A stretch of DNA of 56,891 nucleotides, the filler included, from Jimgerdemannia flammicorona (lineage: Eukaryota): the NCBI GenBank assembly GCA_003990765.1. It is 2 parts of 2 records of this genome, joined end to end, with 100 filler letters (N's around TTAATTAATTAA, not from the genome) between each part and the next. Parts side by side here need not be neighbours in the genome. Positions count along the whole stretch, not along the records: positions 28,508 to 56,891 come from RBNJ01000565.1; 1 more part is not named here. One strand, written 5' to 3'. Of the stretch, positions 36,499 to 49,524 are shown piece after piece. The position numbers and the translations under genes were made by a program. The stretch's first letter is position 1. The number at the start of each line of letters is the position of its first letter. The notes under the pieces are model-generated. The model did not search any database. It was not told where the DNA came from and saw only the letters and a list, made by a program, of their open reading frames with translations.

Positions 36499-39400
36499 TT
36501 ATTTTTTTTGTTTTTTGTTTTTTGTTTATAGTCACTTGGACTTCTCTTTATTATGATCATCTATAATATTAATACAATATCACCCCATCCTCTCAACTGA
36601 TATCCCTCAGATCCTCTTCACTACTCTCCACACCCCCCTGCTGGAGGATAACCCAGTCACCCACCATCCAAATCTTCTTACTACTTTTCTGGGAAATATA
36701 ATATACCATATCCCAGTGGCTCCCCCCACTCAGCCTCCATCCTCTCCACCAGCCATTCAAAATATTCAGTAAAAGTCATTTCCAATATGCCACCTTATCT
36801 CCAATCCCAACCCACTGGCCCTCTCTAAATACATATAACCAATGTCTGGCCAGCCCAATCTATATGGCCAGAACCTAACTGAGGGTCAGCCATTCATCCC
36901 CAATCTCTCCCACAAGCCTTCAGCTGAGCTTACCCCATCTCTCTCCTTCCCCTCTCACCAGGGCTTGTAGCTCTAGCTAGTCTGCAATATGGTACCAAAA
37001 CACCCCTAAAATATCATACTCACCAAGCCAATGTTCAGGCATCTGCACCACACCCCCTTCCTGCCCAATATCTAAACATTTCTTACACTCAAACATACCA
37101 TCTGCCACCAAGTGCCCAGACTGATAGTTCAATATCACATTTTACCATAGAATCCACTACTATACCACCCAGAACTTGGGGGGTAGCCATCACATCACCT
37201 ACTTGCTCCAGAGTCAGAGACCATTCCAATCCCACTCCTTACCAATTCCAACCCTCTGCCAGGCTATAGGCCAAAGGTCCTCCCCTAAATCCTGCAAATA
37301 CTCCATCTCATTGTTGAGCTGAAAATCCTCCACCAAAACACTACCCAGCAGCAGCCTGTCCTATCTCCACATCTGCAGGTCCCAATCCTCCTCTCCCTCA
37401 TCACCCTGCCACCAAAGTCCAATCTTCCAGGCACCATCTACCACCCCCCACTAAAAGCTCTTATACTACATCCTCTTACTTCCATCCATGGCCACCATTG
37501 CCAGCAAATTGTCAGAAGTACCACAGGGGGAATACTGGGCCTCCCACACCCTCCTCATGAGTAGTACCCACTCCTGGCCCCTCAGCTTGCTTACTCTCTT
37601 CAGCCACCATACTCTCAAGCAATGAAGATATTTAGCAAAGTCCACTAAGCCCAGCCCACCTCTTTCCACTGATAGAGTCAGAATCTCTCATCCTATCTGA
37701 CTTTGCCACCCTGCCCAGATCCACAATCTTGCCAACTTAAATAGTCTCCTGACTACCCAGACTGGGAAGTCAAGATGGTATCCCATATACCACAGCTTTA
37801 GTAGCCAATATACATTCAGCATTATTACTCTTTCTACCAAGGATATATACTGACCACCCTACTGTAAAAACACATTTCCCCATGCTAGTAGATGCTGTTC
37901 CCACCAAACATAGGGTAGAAGAGATCCATATACTGAAAAGTAGATCCCCAAGTAATGAACTGGTTCCCCAGCCAGCACCACTATTCCAATCACATCACCA
38001 CCAATGATTCTGCCACCTAGCACCAGAGTTTTACACTTGTGCCCATTAATTTTAGCACTGGAGCCCCTCTCATACTATTCCACAGACCTCCTTAACTCCT
38101 CCACATCTACCAACAAGTTCAGTCCAACCACCATATCATCCACAAAGACCCCCACTTTCCAATTTATCTCTAGAATATCCAAACCCCCAACTTGATGCCA
38201 GATCCTATCCAGTAGGGACTCTAGGGAAAGAGCATATAAGATGAGTGATAAAAGATCTTCTTGTGGCACCCCTCTACTAAGAGGAAAGGTTATACCCCTG
38301 TAACTATTGATAACCAATGCAGTCTGACTGTTTTCCAAAAGACTGATCAATGACCTCCTGAACTCTGGGGAAACACTAACCTGTTTCAGTACTCCCTCTA
38401 GCCAGACCCTCCTCACTCTATCATATGCCTTCTCCTGATCCAGAAAAACCAATCTACCATCTACCTCTGCAGCCTGGGTCTCTATAATTACACCATATAC
38501 CTAAGCCATTCCATCTCAGATCAACCAGCCACCAACAAATCCTCTTTGCTCCACACCAAGTACCTGCTGAGCAATTCTCTGCAACCTAGTCACCAATATC
38601 TTTGTCACCAGTTTGTGGTCCATGTTGAGTAGCATGATTGGCTGCCAGTTCTTCCAATCTTCCCATCTCCTCTTATCCTTGTAGAGTAAGGAGATCAGTC
38701 CTAAGTGCTGGCCCTCAATCCAATTTCCAGACCAAAGAACCTCACCACACATTACCATCATTTCCTCCAATACCACTGCCACCTCAGCTATCTTCTTCCA
38801 AAAATCCCAGAGAAATCCATCCTCTTCTGGAGCCATCCCTTTGCTTGTTATAGCCAAGACCTTGCAAATTTCCTCCCCCCTCACTGGATCCCCCAGAGTT
38901 TCCAGGCCCATTGCTGGGTCCAGATGCCAATCCTCTAGCTGACTCTCAATAACTGAGGCTTCTACCCACCCTTCTTTCTTGCTCCATAGATTCCCCTAAT
39001 GGGTTCTCAGCAATCTCAGAATTGCTGGAGTCCCTACTACCATCTCTCTATCTACATTCAATAGCTCATCCCACTGCTGCTTAGTTCTCTGTGCTTGTAA
39101 TATCTATAATAAAAACCTAGTGGGCCTCTCTCCCTCCTCTAGCCCTTACTATCTCAACTATGCCACCATCTCCTTCAGTCTAATCTCTTCCTCCCTTTGT
39201 AATACTTCCTTAAGCTTTTCGACTTCCATCTGAATCCTCACAATATGCTAGTCAGCTGCCTCCCAGTCCTCTAGCACCCCTGCCCATCTCTCCAGGAGCA
39301 CTGCCAGTTGTTGTGAGGCCCATAGTACCCTCTGCTGCTGCTGAGCACTCTTTCTTTTCCCTGCTTCTCTCTAGTATCTCTGAGCACTTGCTTTCAGCCT

Positions 39401-42282
39401 CCTCCAATGGTCCCCAATCATCATGCCCTGTTCCTGCCACCTATCAATCTTTCCAGTAATCTCCCTCTCCCAGTCTGCCCATAAAGCCCCATCCTCTAAC
39501 AAAGAAGAATTCAGATGCCAATGTCCAGGTCCATCCCTACTTCCCCCAAACCTCCCCCCTTCTAGCAGACCCCAGTGATCTGACCAAGGACACTAAACCA
39601 CCTCCAGTGTTGCCCAGACATCCACTCCCCAGCATTCTGCTGTCAATATTCAGTCAATCCTTGAGCCTAGCCCTATTGCCCAGCAAGTATAAATTCAATA
39701 ATCTTCTCAAAACTGTCTCCCCAAATCAATCAAAGAACTCAGCCTCTCTATCTCCAACTAATCATCCAACTCTCTACTTCTGCATCTCATTCCTCTCTCT
39801 CTATCAGTTCTGTCCTTATCCCATACCATATTGAAGTCACCCCCCAAGCAGTCAATCCCAACCTCCCCCAAGACACTGGTCTCTTTCAAACTTCAAATCC
39901 AATCCACCTGCTCCCCCTGCTCTGCTGGACAGTAACATAATCCAATCATCAAAGAGCTCCATCCAGGCCTCTTTCACACACCCTACACCAACTGATTTTC
40001 CCAATGTCCAATGTCCCCAATGTCCCCCATCCCCTTTTGAACTAGAATACCCACTCTCCCCATCTACACCACTGCCCCCCCCCATTTCTTAGTCTAATCC
40101 TGTAAGTCCACCTCTATCTTATAATGGATATCCTGCAGTAAGAAGAGATCTGCATCCAGTCCCTTTAGCCATCCAAATATGTACTTCTGCCTAGCTGTCT
40201 CCTATAACCCATTCACATTTAAAGAGAATATTCTAGTTATACTGTTCATATTGAATAATGTTTGAATCAGAGACCCCAGTCTAGTATTTTATGCTCATCT
40301 CATCCCCAGCCAGATCCAATTGCTGCTCTGCTTCCAAGTCACCCTCTTCTATAGCCTAAGCATCCAATGCCTCCAAGATTTCTTGACATTCCACCCTATC
40401 CACCACTTCCATTTCTGCCTGATAGTCCATACAGACCACTCTCTACTTCTCCAATCCCTTTCTCGATCCCCACAAGTATGCCACCCTATCATTCGCAATC
40501 CCTCTGAGTTCCTCCTCTCTCTGATCATCAACCTGATATTCAACTGATTTCAATAGTACTGCCAGGATCTCATTTCTAACCTTCCTTGGTATCTCCTCTC
40601 AATGAAGAATTTCCTCTCAATGTCTTTCTTCCATAATCTGGAAGTCCTCTCCCCCCAGCTCCTCTGCTGCCACTCCTTCCAGAGTCTTCCACAGCTACTT
40701 CTCCTCATCTATCACCTCTGCCATATCCTGGGTGACCTAATCACCCCCCACCTCCAGGTCTACCAAAGTGCTCCTCTTCACCAACTCATCCCACTTCTCA
40801 TCTAGTATATCCAGTAATTCCTCCTCACCCTCTGCCCCACCCAGGACACTATATTGAGGACATACTCCTTTGCTCATTTCTGTATCTGCCTTCATACTGC
40901 CCTGCCTCTCCTCCTTTGGTCCATCCTGGGCCCCACTTTGGGCTATCTCACTTTCCCCTGCCCAGGCACTCTCACACAATCCTGCTCTCCCATTCCCTGT
41001 GCTGCTGTCAGCCCCACTGCCACCCAACTTCTCCAGCAGCTCCTTCTGGATTCTCCTCCCTTGCATCTTCTCTCAGGTCACCCAGTCCACTCTGGTCCTC
41101 TTCCCCTTAACTACTTCTATCACTGTCTTTGCTTCATACTCCTTCTAAGCCAATCTCCTCCTCTTGACTGCCCCCACCAGGTCCTCTAGAGCCTCAAGTA
41201 AATCTTTCTCCTCTTCCTGAGTCCCCTTCATCTGCATGACCTTGCACTCCACTGGTCTCCACTTCAGAGTTGCCAGCCAATCCCTCATCTTCCCTATGTT
41301 CTCCTTTCCAGCCAGTCTTACCTGGACATCAACATCACTAGTCCGGAGCTCCATTCCTTCCCAGACCTTGAACCTGATGTCCACAATCTCCCCATACTCC
41401 TTGACTGCTCCCACAATCAACTCTCTGGTCCTCTCCCTCAACACCATAGAAAAATCCAATACTGTCAACTATATCACTTGGGGGTCCCAGTACATATACC
41501 TGACCATAGAGACCACGACTCTGCCCACTGTCACCCCCTTCTCCATGGCAGCCAATAATGCTTCCTCTTTCTCAAACCCCACCTCAATCCCTTCTTTCCC
41601 CTTCAAAAACTTCACCGAAGCTACCCCCTTCACCTCCTGCACCACCAGCCTCAAGATCATTTTTGCAGTTACTGCTAAGCCCCTGAAACATAATGTGACA
41701 GTGAATTCTGACCTTGATTTCTTGAGTAATGGTGCCAACACCATGCCCATCACCCCATCTGCCAGGTCTCTAGGCCTCATGCCCACCCTCTGTCCTGAAC
41801 CATCAACTACCATCATATCTGGATTTATTTCCAGATTCCCAGTCATGGCCCCATCAACTGTCATATCTCCAGCCCCTACTCCCCCCCCCTCCACTACTAC
41901 TCAATGCTCCCCTGGATGCTCCTCTCAGTCCCCTAGCAGTAGCTATTGATGCCTTCCCTAGGCCCAGCCAACTATCCAGACCAGAGGCCATTCTCTCCAT
42001 CTTGACCTTATTAGCAAAGATTGACCTCTCCCCTCCTTATTGCCTCAGACCACCCTTCCCTCTACCACCAGTGCCCCAGCCAGCCATAGAGGTCCCTGGT
42101 ATCCCCAAACCATCTCTCCACCTTCTCACTTAATGTCAGCTAAAGGCACTACTGTCCCCCTGACCAGCATACTCACCAGTGCAATTATTGCTGTCTATGT
42201 CAATAGTCTTCTTTCACCAAAAACATTGTAAAAAGTATCATCCGAGTCTTATGTCACCTGAATGGTACCAGTGAAAGATGTG
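36499..42282 (-). mobile_element. Full-length but inactivated L1/Tx1-type LINE (ORF1 plus APE endonuclease-RT ORF2) with 15-bp TSD
   Basis: TSD GTAAAAGTATTTATT at 36484-36498 and 42283-42297. A-rich tail at about 36499-36527. RT motifs LISLLYK..W.NWQPIMLLNMDHK, FLDQEKAYDRV, RGVPQEDLLS, FVDDM and ERGGLGL. EN motifs SLNVNG, DLFLLQD, GGDFN and SDH. Confidence 0.92.
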
Positions 42283-43518
42283 GTAAAAGTATTTATTATT
42301 AAATTTGGCTCATTGATCACCATACTACTAGTTTTGCTCTCATTCTTTGTTTAGCTTATCTTTGCCTTATCTATGTACTCTGTAGAATACTTTTTTATCA
42401 TCTTCATTATCATTGCCACCCAGCCTTAATTCCTCATTTAGGAGGCTTGTGACAATATACTTATAGTCTGATAGTTTACTAAATTCTCTCATAGTAGTAA
42501 CAACTATGTTATATATCTTAAGAAGGTCATATATAAGTATCAGAACCTTGTCTTCATTCTTAATGAGATCTATCAGTATAGAAAGAGAATTCAATTGATT
42601 TGTCAGATCATTGATATGGTTGACATAGTCCCAGATACTCTCTTTAGGCTTTATTTAGAGATTGAATAGTTATACTTTCAGATGATATAGATATCTGCTA
42701 ATAGTGATTATATAAGATCTCCTAGACTTTATTTATTATTATAGTATTGATTACAAGTTTCATTTGTATATTTGAAAGAGTGAACATAATCTTCTTTAGT
42801 GCTTTATAATCTCTTATAGTATCATATCTTATTATTTATATCTATAGCTTTCAGTAGTTCTCCAGACCACATTCTTCTAAAAGATTCTTTATATAGTATA
42901 TCCATATGGTATAATCCTTACCATCAAAGACAGAAATCATTCTCTTTACTATTATTATTGTTAGCACTATTGTAGAAATAGTCATAGTTATAATACTTAT
43001 ACTATTAGTACTCATTCTGGATCTCATTTTGCTTATACTACTTGTTAGACTTATGTTTGTATATCTTATAGGTGTGGTATCTTCACATAGTGTAGCATAT
43101 ATATTAGAGAGATATTTTTGTTTTTGTTATCTACTTTTGCTAGCAGGGCTTATAATCTTTTGTTATAGAATACTTGGAAGATAAGTAGAGAGAATAAAGA
43201 TAGTATTTATTTATTGATAGCTTATATACTTTTATACATATTGATGATATTTATACATATAATGATATAGTCAGACTGTACTACTATATATCAAGTTGCT
43301 ATAACTAAGATATTTTAATATTTCAATAATATTCACTAAGCAGAGCTTATAATCTTTAATTATAGAATACTTGAGGAAAGACAAGTAGAGAAAAGTAATG
43401 ATTGTTTATTGATACTAGCTTATATACTTTTATATATACTGATGATGTTTACAGGATGATATAATCAGGCTGTATCACTATATATCAAGTTGCTATATAT
43501 AACTAGGATATTTTAACA
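42283..43518 (-). mobile_element. Decayed Ty1/copia 5' end: two tandem LTRs of about 160 bp (43161-43320 and 43357-43518), PBS relics and gag. The gag zinc knuckle continues at about 36440-36498 beyond the LINE
   Basis: Each LTR is followed on the minus strand by a PBS-like motif (AGATTATAAGCCCTGC, second copy AGATTATAAGCTCTGC), a G-to-A decayed form of the copia-type GGTTATGAGCCC PBS. Gag-like LFNL.IKPKESIWDYVNHINDLTNQLNSL..IVTSLLNEELRL. Knuckle relic YFYCDKYRYCK*DY. Confidence 0.7.
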
Positions 43519-45765
43519 TCTTTTCTTTAAATAATATATATATCTAATTCTAAATGTAGTTTTTCTTTTTTTATTTCAAAGAGATCTTCTACTGAAAGTT
43601 CAGATTTAGAATTTGAATATCTATCTTCTAATTTAAGTTCTGGTCCTAAGTATAGAATAGATATTAAGTATAAAAGTGTATAAAGTTCTGAGGTAAGAGT
43701 TTTAAGTAATTCTCTAACTTCTAATAGTCTTATACTAGATTTTGGACTTATTAATTCTGAAGGTTATCTTTCTACTGATATTTATTGTCTAGCAGATAAA
43801 TACTCTGATTGATCTCTCTTAGAACTAAGTATAAAAGAGGTGTCTGGTTTTTATTGAGTATCAAAATAAATTATATATCTTTCTTATAAAATCTCTTGAG
43901 TAGTTATCTCAAAAGTTCCTAGTCTTTATAATTCTTATGTATATATAGTTAGTCTTATAGCTTAAATATTCTAAAGTAAAGGTGACTCTTTTTTTTTTTA
44001 GTAAAGTAGTACTTGGAGAAAATAATCTACTGAAGAGTAGTAGTTTTTAGTTTAACAGATATTAATTCAAGAAATTATTCTATTGTTATAGTAACTAATT
44101 TAGATATTTATGCTCTATAAATATGTTATCTTATAAGTCTGTAAAATCTTTTTTGAAGATCTTTATCTCTTCTTAATATTGGATATAGTTTACAGAATTC
44201 TGAATATAAGTTTTAAGCAAGTATTTAGCAAGTTCTGTTACTATTCTTTATATTGATTTTCTTAGTCAATAATAGTCTTTATATCTTGTTTTTCTCTTGT
44301 TTGAGAATTCAGAGTATCTAGTTACTTTCTAAAGAATATATTCAGTAATAGCTTATAGACTATTTAATAATTCTTTATCTTTTCTTATATCAGATTGGTG
44401 TATAGATTCTACTACTACTAATTATAATAGTATACTTTACTATTATTGTAATCATACTCTTTAAGTTGATGATTCTTAGTATTAAATAACTTAAAGATAC
44501 TTATATTAGATATCTTTAGCTTAAGAAAGCAGCTGTCTTAATGTCTATGTATAGTCTGTTATATATATACTTTTAATTGATCTAGTCTTTTTCTAGTAGA
44601 CTTAAATAACAATTTGATAATTATGAACTTTAATTTTTTAAAGTCTAAGTACTTTAGTATATTCTTTTCAGATATAGTTTAGTTCTGAGAATTATATATA
44701 TTCTTCAGAGTATAAGTATTTATAGAGTTCAGAATATCTAATTTTAGATATTATTTTTATTTTAAATAATTTAAAGACTTATCTATAAATTATAGATCTA
44801 AGTATTAATTATTTTCTTATTAACTATAAGATAAAGATTCTATCTTTTATTAAGTTATATTTCTGGAGATATTTATACATTTTAAAGGTCTTTTAACTTT
44901 AGCTAACTATTGGCTAAAAGATATAAGATATAAAGTTACTAGAATATAATATAAAGATTACACTATAATGATATTATTACTAAGTCATAATAATGCTATT
45001 TAATAATATTATTTTCATATATTAACTATGAGGTAATTATTCTAAATTTTGCTATAAACTTATAATATATTATAATATATTATATATATAGTAATAGTAG
45101 ACTTCTATATAAGGAGCTAGAGGTCTATTATTTATCTCTGTACTAGAAGAAAAATAAGTTGACTCATCTGAGCTAGTCTCTAACCTCATGGTCTCAGATG
45201 ATATAGATGGCCAATCAGAGATTAGTCTGACATTAAAAAGAATAAAGTAATCAGATGGTCAGATACTGATAGAGATTATGACTTATATAATTAGTCTTTG
45301 AAAGAAACTAATAATAGAGTTAAATTTCTCATTCTCATATAGCTAAGTATTATTTTTACAGTAGTCTTAAAGGTTAAAGTTATTTGTAAGATTTAACTCT
45401 ATTTATATAATATAAGTACTATTGAGACTATCAATTTCAATAAGAGTAATATATTATATATTATTAATAGCAAAGATCATTTTTTCAAAATAATTAGTAA
45501 ATATGAAGCAGAATATACTGTCTAAAAGTAGAGATATTATAATCATTCAAAATCTCTAAGATATTTATATCACTCTTAAGAATAAGTCTATCTGCTTGAT
45601 AGTTTCTTAATATTATAAAATATCTAGTAATCTATTATATTCTAGATATAACTTTATTAGCAACTTATAAATATTATTTAAGATTATATATATCTAAATT
45701 AATATATTTTCAGATAAACTAGTATTAATAGTCAAAAATAATATTTTAGAATATATGATATATAT
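43519..45765. mobile_element. Extremely AT-rich, hypermutated repeat-derived sequence of unassignable family
   Basis: No ORFs, almost no CpG, abundant TA, and lies between recognisable TE relics. A purine tract adjoins the copia LTR edge at 43519. Confidence 0.5.
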
Positions 45766-48293
45766 TATGATATATGATATAAAATAGAAACAGGAAATAG
45801 ATATTTGATTATAGTATCTGAATCTGGTTTCCTGTTTTATTATAGTGTAGAAATTACCTTTATTATAAACATTATATCTAAAATATTATCAGTAAAACTA
45901 TTGTTACTTTTACAAACTTTAGATAGGATTTCACATAAGATTCTACTTAAGATATAGATGGAATTCTACTTGGAATTTCATATAAAATAACTTATTACTT
46001 AGTCTTATATTTAGTAGTAGAATTAATATATAAATCTGTATAAATAACTCAGTATTTTAGAGTGAATAAACCTCAATTAGTTCAGCTCAGTCAAAAAAGT
46101 CTTCTTTATATATTATTTCTCCTTCTTTTATATAAAATCTAGAATTCTACCAACTTACTAAGATCTATGTCTACTATGTTACAACTTAATGCCCATTGAC
46201 TGATAATTCAAGATGAATCCTCACTTTTAAGCTAAAAAATGAACAACTGCTACTGTCTGATTTTGAAGACATATAGATCACTATACAAACTATTATATAT
46301 AGTATTCATCTCTATACTATCTGCTATTAATTAGTTATTCTAGTTATCAGCCTTATTTTTATAAACTATCAGTATTGAAAAATAGATACTCTGTAAAGAA
46401 CTATATCATTAAGTTAATAGCTGAGTCACTTCTTAGTTCAAGGGACAATATTACAAGAATTAATTGCTGAATATACTGAACAAACCACTATGCCAAATGA
46501 ACTACTATATAAATATCCAAAGAAAACAATATATAGACTACTATATGGACAATTACTATCCAATTTTGAAGAAGATGAACAGATCACTATATAGACTACC
46601 ACTCAAAGAAAACTACTGTACAAACTACTACTACTCAAATTTTGAAGACATTGTTTATCTCTATATCATCTGCTATTAATTGGTTATTTTAGTTGTTAGC
46701 CTTATTTCTATAAACTATTAGTATTAAACAATAAATGCTCTATAAAGAACTATATCATTGAGTTAATAGCTATGTCACTCCTTAGTTTGAGAGATAACAT
46801 TATAAGAATTAATTGCTAAATATACTGAACAAACCATTATGTGAATGGACTGCTATATAGACCATCACCTAATTTTGAAGACATTGTTTATCTGTGCTAT
46901 CTACTGTTAATTAGTTATTCTAGTTATCAGCCTTATTTCTATAAACTATCAGTATTGAACAATAGATGTTCTGGAAGAATATATCATTGAGTTAATAGCC
47001 AGGTTGCTCTTTAGTTTGAGAGATAACATTATAAGATTTAATTATCAAAAATGTTGAACAAACCACTATGTGAAGGACTGTCATAGAGAATAGAACATAC
47101 AAACTATTATCCAACTTTAATAATATATGAATACTATCTATTATATAAATGACACTTATTGTAAATAAACCACCCATCTAATATATAAATGAACTGCCCT
47201 AAAGAATTGAAGATATCATATACAAACTATCCGAGTGAAGAATGTAGCCCAACTTTTGAAGATGCCATTGTCTGACTCTTGATAACATACAAATAGACTG
47301 TCACAGAGAATTAAAAAGACATTATATATAAACTGCTCAAGTGAAGAATACTGTCCAACTTTTGAAGATACTATTATCTGACTTTTAATGACATATATAT
47401 AAATGAACCACTATGGAGAATAGAATATATAAACTGTTATCTAATTTTTGATAATATATAAATGCCTTTTAATATATAAATACTACTCATCATAAATAAA
47501 CCACCTGCCTGACATATAAATGGACCACTCTGAAGAGTTAAAGATATCATATATCTAACTTTAAGATAACTTATGAACTATTAAAACAATGAACAAATAG
47601 ACTACCTTGAAAAATTAAAGATATGAACTATTATTATCTATTAAAGATGATATATAAAAATATAATCACTTGCTCAACTTTTGAAGATACTGTTACTTGA
47701 CTTTTGAATATGAACTATCATTCAAGATTTTTTAGGACCTCAAAAAATATTTTGACAATTACTTAGATACAATATTATAAATATGTCTATATAGAGAGAA
47801 TAAATATATAAATATTATAATATAGAAATTTGAATAGGTATTTTTGTGTCAAAAATAACCTATTTAGAGAGAAGATATAATATATAGTATAAAATAGAAA
47901 CAGAAAATAGACATTTGATCATAGTATTTAAATCTGATTTTCTATTTTATTATAGTATAGAAATTATCTTTACTGTGGACATTATATCTAAACCATTATC
48001 AGTGAAACTGTTGTTACTTTTACAAACTTTAAATAGGATTTTACATGAGATTTTATCTAAGATACAGATGGAATTCTACTTGGAATTTCACATAAAATAA
48101 CTTATTACTTAGTCTCATATTTAGTAGCAGAATTAGTGTATAAATCTATATAAATAACTCAGTATTTTAGAGTGAATAAATCTCAGTCAGTTCAGCTTAG
48201 TCAAAAAAGTCTTCTTTATATATCCTTCTCTCCTCTTATATATGAAATCCAGAATCCTACCAACTTACTAAGATCTACATCTACTATATTATA
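45766..48293 (+). mobile_element. Non-autonomous LTR retroelement (about 2.5 kb): two 418-bp LTRs (45766-46183 and 47876-48293) around a non-coding internal tandem-repeat region
   Basis: The direct repeats align end to end. The first ends TGTTACA and the second TATTATA. Polypurine tract AGAGAGAAGA lies immediately before the 3' LTR. No gag/pol motifs seen inside. Confidence 0.8.
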
Positions 48294-49524
48294 ATATATT
48301 TAGAGGAGAAGAATATAATTTATTTATATTTTAGTTTATTTTTAAGATTGGGTTTTGAATTAAATTTTTTTTAGTCTTTAGCTATTTATTTTTTTAGAAC
48401 TAATTGCTATCTTTATATTTATTTTATAAAGTAGACCATTTTAGTATATATCAACTATGATATTATAGCTTATTATAGTCTAATTTAGCTTATATCTAAT
48501 ATCATTAGTTCTAAAGATCTTACTGGCTTATGATATTAGTGGACTAATAACATTAGTAGTTAATTTTAATATACTTTAGTTCTTATGATATTATAGACTA
48601 TTTTAGTCTATAATATTAATAAGATTATAAACTAATTTAGTCTTATAATGTCAAGGACACCAATAGCCTATTTTTAGATATAACTATAGTAATATTTGTG
48701 AGATTATATACTAAACTAGTACTGAAGCTAGTGTGATTACAATGATATCATAGACTGAAATTAGTGTAAAATTATTAATATTTCTGAATCTTATAGTGTA
48801 TAACCCTGCTGGTAACACAGATCCAATAATGTCACACTTAGTGATGTCATCCTTATGATATTAGAGTATAATTTTATTATATTATATAATTTTATATTTA
48901 AAATAAACTATTGATATTAATATTTAAAACTTTATAAAAATAATTAATAATATTATATAAAATCTAAATACTTTAGTAATTTATAATAATATCAAGTAAG
49001 TACTTAATATATATAGCACTCAGATAGTAAGAAGTATATCTTATAATAAATTAACTTAATTTTTATAATATTTAAAAGTACTATTTATTTTATAAAAAAT
49101 TATATATAAAAAAGTTAATAAATTATATACTGTAGCATCTGGTAGTTGACATCCTTGGATAAAGTTATACAGACTCAAAGCCAAAAGATGCAGGAATAAA
49201 ATAGCTTCTGCAATGACTGATGATATATCACATATTTGCTCCAACATGTTTAAATGTGCGTTCTCGGAATTACTGGTCTTACTAACATGTATTAAACATA
49301 CGTTTATTGTTTCTTCATTACATAAATTATAGGGCAGACAATTTTGTGATGCAGGCCGTGTTGTCTCTGTATTTCTGCAAAGACACACACGAAGTATATA
49401 TGGGTATTTATTTGATGAATACAAGATATAGTAGACGGAAGGCTTATCGTCTTGGATTGAATCGGTCGCATGCAATGTAATTAATTAAAAGGTGGACTTC
49501 AAATTTGCGGTGGAGCAAGATCTA

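Noticed and set aside
39607..42231. Plus-strand Ser/Pro/Leu-rich ORFs (e.g. 41236..41949)
   Set aside because: Antisense shadows of the purine-rich LINE ORF1/ORF2 on the minus strand.
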